Positions 47,446 through 48,313 of a stretch of 48,313 nt of DNA are shown in pieces (positions within the stretch are counted from its first letter, which is position 1; every line of letters starts with the position of its first letter). The notes beneath the pieces were generated by a model. It did not search any database, was not told where the DNA came from, and was given only the letters and a program-made list of their open reading frames with translations. The translations under genes and the position numbers were made by a program. The DNA is taken from positions 1-48,313 of the forward strand of contig JBDTTE010000002.1 in NCBI GenBank assembly GCA_039930785.1. The letters run 5' to 3'. The DNA is from Betaproteobacteria bacterium (GTDB lineage: Bacteria > Pseudomonadota > Gammaproteobacteria > Burkholderiales > JACQAP01).

Positions 47446-47889
47446 TCAAAGCGCAAAGTTCTCCATGCCCGCGGGCAGCTTGTCGGGATTCGTCGACAGT
47501 TGATCGAGCTGCTTTTCCCAGGCTTCCTGGCTCCAGATTTCGAAATGACTGCCCTGGCCAACCATCATCACGGACTTTTCGAGACCAGCGAATTTGCGCA
47601 ATTCGGGCGAGATCAACAGGCGCCCCGCCCCATCAAGCTCGATGTCCTCGGCGAAGCCAACCAGAAGGCGCTTCCACAAACTGGCCTGCGGATCGAAACT
47701 GGCGAAACTCATGATGCGAGCGCGAATGGGCTCCCAAGCCGGTGCGGGATAGAGGAGAAGACAACGATGGGGGTGTGCGGTAAGCACTTGCTTACCTTGA
47801 CTCCCCGATTGCAGCTCGTCCCGATGCCGGGTAGGGACCGCAAGCCGACCCTTGGCATCCAGATTGAGTGCTGTCGCTCCCTGAAACAT
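47446..47889 (-). CDS. mraZ: Division/cell wall cluster transcriptional regulator MraZ, 147 aa
   Basis: The N-terminus is MFQGATALNLDAKGRLAVPTRHR. A second repeat is DGAGRLLISPELR. It is the first gene of the dcw cluster. Confidence 0.96.
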   Translation of the reverse strand: MFQGATALNLDAKGRLAVPTRHRDELQSGSQGKQVLTAHPHRCLLLYPAPAWEPIRARIMSFASFDPQASLWKRLLVGFAEDIELDGAGRLLISPELRKFAGLEKSVMMVGQGSHFEIWSQEAWEKQLDQLSTNPDKLPAGMENFAL

Positions 47890-47929
47890 CGTTTTTCGCG
47901 CCCCGGAAAGTCAGGAAAGACTTGCGTTT

Positions 47930-47954
47930 CCCACTTAAACCTACTTTTCCCCAC
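47930..47954 (-). promoter_or_regulatory. MraZ operator: three direct GTGGG-type boxes at exact 10-bp phasing (GTGGG-N5-GTAGG-N5-GTGGG)
   Basis: The minus strand reads taaaGTGGGgaaaaGTAGGtttaaGTGGGaaacg. The plus-strand complements are CCCAC at 47930-47934, CCTAC at 47940-47944 and CCCAC at 47950-47954. The array lies 41-65 nt upstream of the mraZ ATG and matches the E. coli MraZ-box architecture. Confidence 0.75.
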
Positions 47955-47981
47955 TTTATGGGAAAAAAAAATCGAGGTCAA
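47953..47981 (-). promoter_or_regulatory. Candidate Pmra sigma-70 promoter (TTGACC-17 nt-TAAAGT)
   Basis: The minus strand reads TTGACC (47981-47976), a 17-nt T-rich spacer, then TAAAGT (47958-47953). The -10 element overlaps the first MraZ box. Confidence 0.6.
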
Positions 47982-48149
47982 GCAAATACGGCATTTTTTG
48001 CAACTGCGCCAAAGACTTACCGGAAAGTCTTGAAGCCGGATAACCCAAAAAAATAACCATTGTTTTTCAGGGGTCTAAAATGGATATTGAATCTTTATTC
48101 GAGAAAAATCGGAAAAACAGCCGAAAAGCGGGGATCGAGGGAAGGGAAA

Positions 48150-48313
48150 GCGAAGCTGGCCTGTAAGCCGGGTTCTGTCGGCGTCTTTCGACGCCTGGCA
48201 GTCATTCATCTGGGCCGACAGTTGCCTGGCGGCTCGAGCAACCTACCCGGGAGCAGCGCGAGCAGCGCTATTGCCCCCCTATTTGGTCTTGCTCCGGATG
48301 GGGTTTGCCGTGC
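48150..48313 (-). ncRNA. rnpB: RNase P RNA (bacterial type A), 3' ~160 nt only; the 5' part lies beyond the window end
   Basis: The reverse complement reads GCACGGCAAACCCCAUCCGGAGCAAGACCAAAUAGGGG...CCCGGGUAGGUUGCUCGAGCC...GGCCCAGAUGAAUGACUGCC...GACAGAACCCGGCUUACAGGCCAGCUUC. It aligns block-for-block with my recollection of the 3' half of E. coli M1 RNA (CCGGAGCAAGGCCAAAUAGGGG, CCCGGGUAGGCUGCUUGAGCC, CUAGAUGAAUGACUGUCC, ACAGAACCCGGCUUAUCGGUCAG). The 3' end coordinate is approximate (+/-5 nt). Confidence 0.93.

Noticed and set aside
1-48313. Scan for CRISPR arrays, rRNA, IS elements with terminal inverted repeats, toxin-antitoxin pairs, retron- or DGR-like structures, and riboswitches
   Set aside because: I found no spaced direct-repeat arrays, no rRNA-like sequence, no transposase ORFs and no small adjacent ORF pairs outside the island. 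I recognise no conserved riboswitch cores in the intergenic regions. This was a visual scan only, so short or degenerate elements could have been missed.

Overview
This is a GC-rich proteobacterial chromosome segment, and its gene order is most consistent with a betaproteobacterium (inference from synteny only). About 95% of it is conserved housekeeping DNA.

Left to right:
- **1-2833:** the right-hand end of an integrated element. It holds a partial PriCT-2-type primase, a small ORF, an excisionase-like HTH protein, a 207-aa unknown protein and a tyrosine integrase.
- **2834-2910:** a tRNA with a CAU anticodon (probably tRNA-Ile2), which the element abuts at its 3' end.
- **2984-7645:** the macromolecular-synthesis operon rpsU-yqeY-dnaG-rpoD.
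- **7831-11254:** tsaD, plsY, xerD and a YcgR-like PilZ protein.
- **11337-15556:** rpsP-rimM-trmD-rplS and ffh, with a secreted alpha/beta hydrolase lying between rpsP and ffh.
- **15625-21800:** ypjD-like and CorC/CNNM genes, then pilC-pilD-coaE-zapD-yacG with no pilB.
- **21776-29111:** a Nudix/ThiE-like fusion, a DUF815 ATPase, argJ, secA, an M23 peptidase and a DciA/DUF721-like gene.
- **29335-47889:** a complete, tightly packed dcw cluster, mraZ-rsmH-ftsL-ftsI-murE-murF-mraY-murD-ftsW-murG-murC-murB-ddl-ftsQ-ftsA-ftsZ-lpxC.
- **47930-48313:** a recognisable MraZ operator and promoter, then the 3' part of RNase P RNA (rnpB) at the window edge.

I found no CRISPR array, rRNA, IS element or obvious defence or toxin system, and I cannot point to a clearly novel multi-gene system.

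The most interesting material is the island fragment. It contains an unrecognised 207-aa protein translationally coupled to the integrase, and a triple GGGGTTGCGG repeat in the adjacent intergenic region. Several smaller oddities in the core are also reported: the missing pilB, the hydrolase between ffh and rpsP, a strong hairpin upstream of secA, and a small membrane ORF after lpxC.

Many long ORFs in the track are antisense artefacts of high GC content and were rejected. Several track ORFs carry spurious N-terminal extensions, which I trimmed by homology-style reasoning.
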